A stretch of DNA of 64,000 bases from Azolla caroliniana (lineage: Eukaryota > Plantae > Polypodiophyta). The notes under the pieces were generated by a model. It was not told the DNA's origin. It made no database searches and was given only the letters and a program-made list of their open reading frames with translations. The stretch spans positions 186,001 to 250,000 of the forward strand of contig JBHGNT010000011.1 of NCBI GenBank assembly GCA_043228905.1, written 5' to 3'. Below are positions 61,272 to 64,000 of this stretch, one piece after another; position 1 is the stretch's first letter; each line of letters opens with the position of its first letter. The position numbers and the translations under genes were made by a program.

Positions 61272-64000
61272 CACACACAGAGTTCATATCTATTCCGCTG
61301 CACAAAATCCATCTCTTGATTCTTTACATGGTATTAGAGCGGCTTGGTAGCTCGATCTAGCCCATCTAGGTGCGTTGTGTCCTACGCCGACGACCAAGAA
61401 CCGGCCCATCGCTATCATAGCTTCGCTACATAGCTTGCATTCAAAGAGAGAAGAAGAAGAATCGACATAATGAATACTCAAATGGGGAGCACTCTCCCTA
61501 CCGAGAAGTTGGATCGAAACAACTTCGCATCTTGGGAGTACAAGATGCACCAATACCTTGTCGGACAAGGCTATTGGAGCTACATCAAAGGAGCACACGA
61601 AGACCGACCCGTCGAAACGGCTCCCGGATACGCGACATGGGAGCAAACCACAAGCCGCATGATGTATTGCTTGGCGACATGTGTTCACGATCACATGCTC
61701 GGCTACATTCGTGAAGCCAAGACGCCGAAGGAGGCATGGGAAAATCTACGAAAGATTTTTGCGGCGAACACAACCACAAGAAGGCTTCAACTCCGCCAAG
61801 AGTTGAACAACATTCAACAAAGGGACATGTCCATCACGACATACACCTTGAAGATCAAGGAGCTTTGCGACTCGCTCGGCTCGATAAGCGTAAATATCGA
61901 TGATGATGAGATGGGGCAAGTATGCCTCAGTGGCCTCGCACCACAGTTCGGCGCGATGCGAACCGCCGTTCTAGCAAGGGAGAAATCTCCCTCCTTCTTC
62001 GAGCTCCAATCAATGCTATTGGTCGAAGAAAACCACGTGCGTACAAGGAGCAATGAGTTGGAAGGCCACATGCTCTACACGCACTCGAATGGAGGAAGAG
62101 GACGTGGATGAGCGAGAGGTTGATTCGGCCAAGGACAAGGCAGACGAGGTCCGACCTACGACAACAACTCCCAATTTCAGCCGCAAAACGGAAGCCAACG
62201 AGTAACCTTTGCAAGAAGGGGGAGCTTCCACTCTGGCCCGGGCCATCAAAACGCAACCGAATGCGGATATTGCGGAAAGCTCGGCCACCACAAAGAAGAG
62301 TGCCGAAAGAAGATGCGCGAATTGGCTTCCACAAGCCGACAACTCACAAATTACGCGCACAATTCCGACTACGAAGAGTATAGTGGAATGTACGGGCACA
62401 ACCCTGACTACGAATATCGTGGCAGAATGTATGCACACAACTCTGACCGTGGCGGAATGCTCATGATGAAACATAGAGCAAACTCTATGTCGGCCTCTAC
62501 CTCAACTAGTGCCCTCAATTCGGAAGACGTATGGTTTGTTGACTGCAGAGCCTCAAACCATATGACATCTCATAAATAATGGTTTCTTGAACTTCGAGAT
62601 CCGGAGCAACCCGATTATGTTGAAACCAGAGATGACACTACGCACCCGATTCGGCACATCGACAATGTTCCATTCGGCGAAAGAGGTAAGCAAACATACA
62701 TTAAAAATGTCTTGCATGTTCCCACCATCACGAAGAATTTGGTCTCGGTCGGCCAAATGGTTGAGCAAGGGATGCAAGTACGATTCGACCAAGAAGGGTG
62801 CTTCATCGAAAAAGAGGGCTGAATCATCGCGCGCGGAAGAAGAGAGGGTTGGATGTTCATTCTCGATTCACACGAGATGAAATCCGCCATGTTCGCAAAA
62901 AGCACGAAAGCTGAATCCGACATAGAGCTATGGCACAAGCGAATCGGCCATATCAATCTCAACAAACTCAAAGCAATGAAATCGAAAGGAGTCGTCATCG
63001 GACTCCCGACATTCAAAGAGAAGGAGATTGAAGGTGTATGCGAAGCGTGCCAATTCGGCAAGCAACACTGACACCCATTCCCGAAAGAGCGGAACGTGAG
63101 CAAAGGTTTACTCGATGTAGTCCATTCTGACGTATGGGGACCGACGCAGACGGCTACATTCGGCGGATGCTAATATTACGTGCTCTTCATCGATGACTTT
63201 TCTAGGCACATGTGGCTCTATCCGATGCGGCAAAAGAGCGAAGTGTTTGGACACTTCCAAAGGTTTAAAAACGAAGTCGAAAAAGCCGCTAGTCGTCATG
63301 TACGATGCCTTCGATCGGATGGCAACAAGGAGTACTTCTCGGACGATTTCACGGCATATCTCCGAAAGGAAGGAATTCGGAGAGAATTCACTTGCCGACA
63401 CACTCGGCAACAAAACGGAGTAGCTAAGCGCAAAAATCGGCACATCCTTGAAGTAGCGTGGGCCATGATGAACAAGAAGCATATGCCCAAGTCATATTGG
63501 GCCGAAGCTATAAATACGGTCGTCTACCTAATGAACCAGTGCACAACATCCGGAGTGCACGAGGTCACTCCGCACGAAAAATACTTCGGAAAGAAGCCGG
63601 ATTTATCGCACACTCGGATATTCGGCGCGATAGCGTACGTGCACATCCCCGATGAGAAGCGTCAAAAGCTTGACCCGAAGTCGAAGAAATGTATCCTCAT
63701 AGGATACTCATTGGAGCAAAAGGGGTACAAGTGCTACAACCCCTCAACTCGAAAATCTCGAGTAAGTCGAGACGTCGTTTTTGACAAGTCTGCATCCTGG
63801 TACGCACTAGAGACAACCTCGACTCCGACTTCGCTCGACCCGGAATCCGCCGAACAAGAGATAGAGGATGAAGATCGCCTTATGCGCATGTTCGAAGAAA
63901 GTCCGATCACGACCCGACTGAGTGGACCACAAGAGCCTTTGAGCGATCAAAGCACATCATGGGCTAGCTCGAAGATGGACAAAGGCAAGGCGAAAATGTC
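60904..64000 (+). mobile_element. Copia family A inserted into the previous fragment: 5' LTR 60904-61328, PBS at 61329, gag 61470-62111, decayed PR-INT; continues past window end
   Basis: TGTTAAGAATCAAGCTCAAC start, TGGTATTAGAGC, EKLDRNNFASWEYKMHQY. Confidence 0.92.

Overview
Eukaryotic, most likely non-seed land plant (fern-like; inferred from gene families and element types) nuclear DNA dominated by nested LTR retrotransposons. There are about ten Ty1/Copia copies or fragments from several families, with nesting shown by target-site duplications. Also present are the 5' half of a Ty3/Gypsy chromovirus-like element, a Gypsy integrase fragment, one near full-length decayed LINE sitting in a (GA)n tract, several solo LTRs and an hAT-type MITE. 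Host genes are one apparently intact two-exon saccharopine dehydrogenase-like oxidoreductase (16008-18186, +), a broken LESV-like starch-granule gene (-) and a broken BPP-like microtubule-associated gene (-) with a young Copia in its coding exon. The most notable signals are: (1) the Gypsy element at 1-2189 has a -1 frameshift site with a predicted H-type pseudoknot plus a tRNA-independent, Tf1-type self-priming PBS; (2) a decayed, intron-containing ParB/Srx-like reading frame at about 46860-48650 that matches none of the retroelements; (3) a 10-bp hairpin that loops out the PPT in three Copia families. All calls come from reading the sequence by eye; no searches were run.
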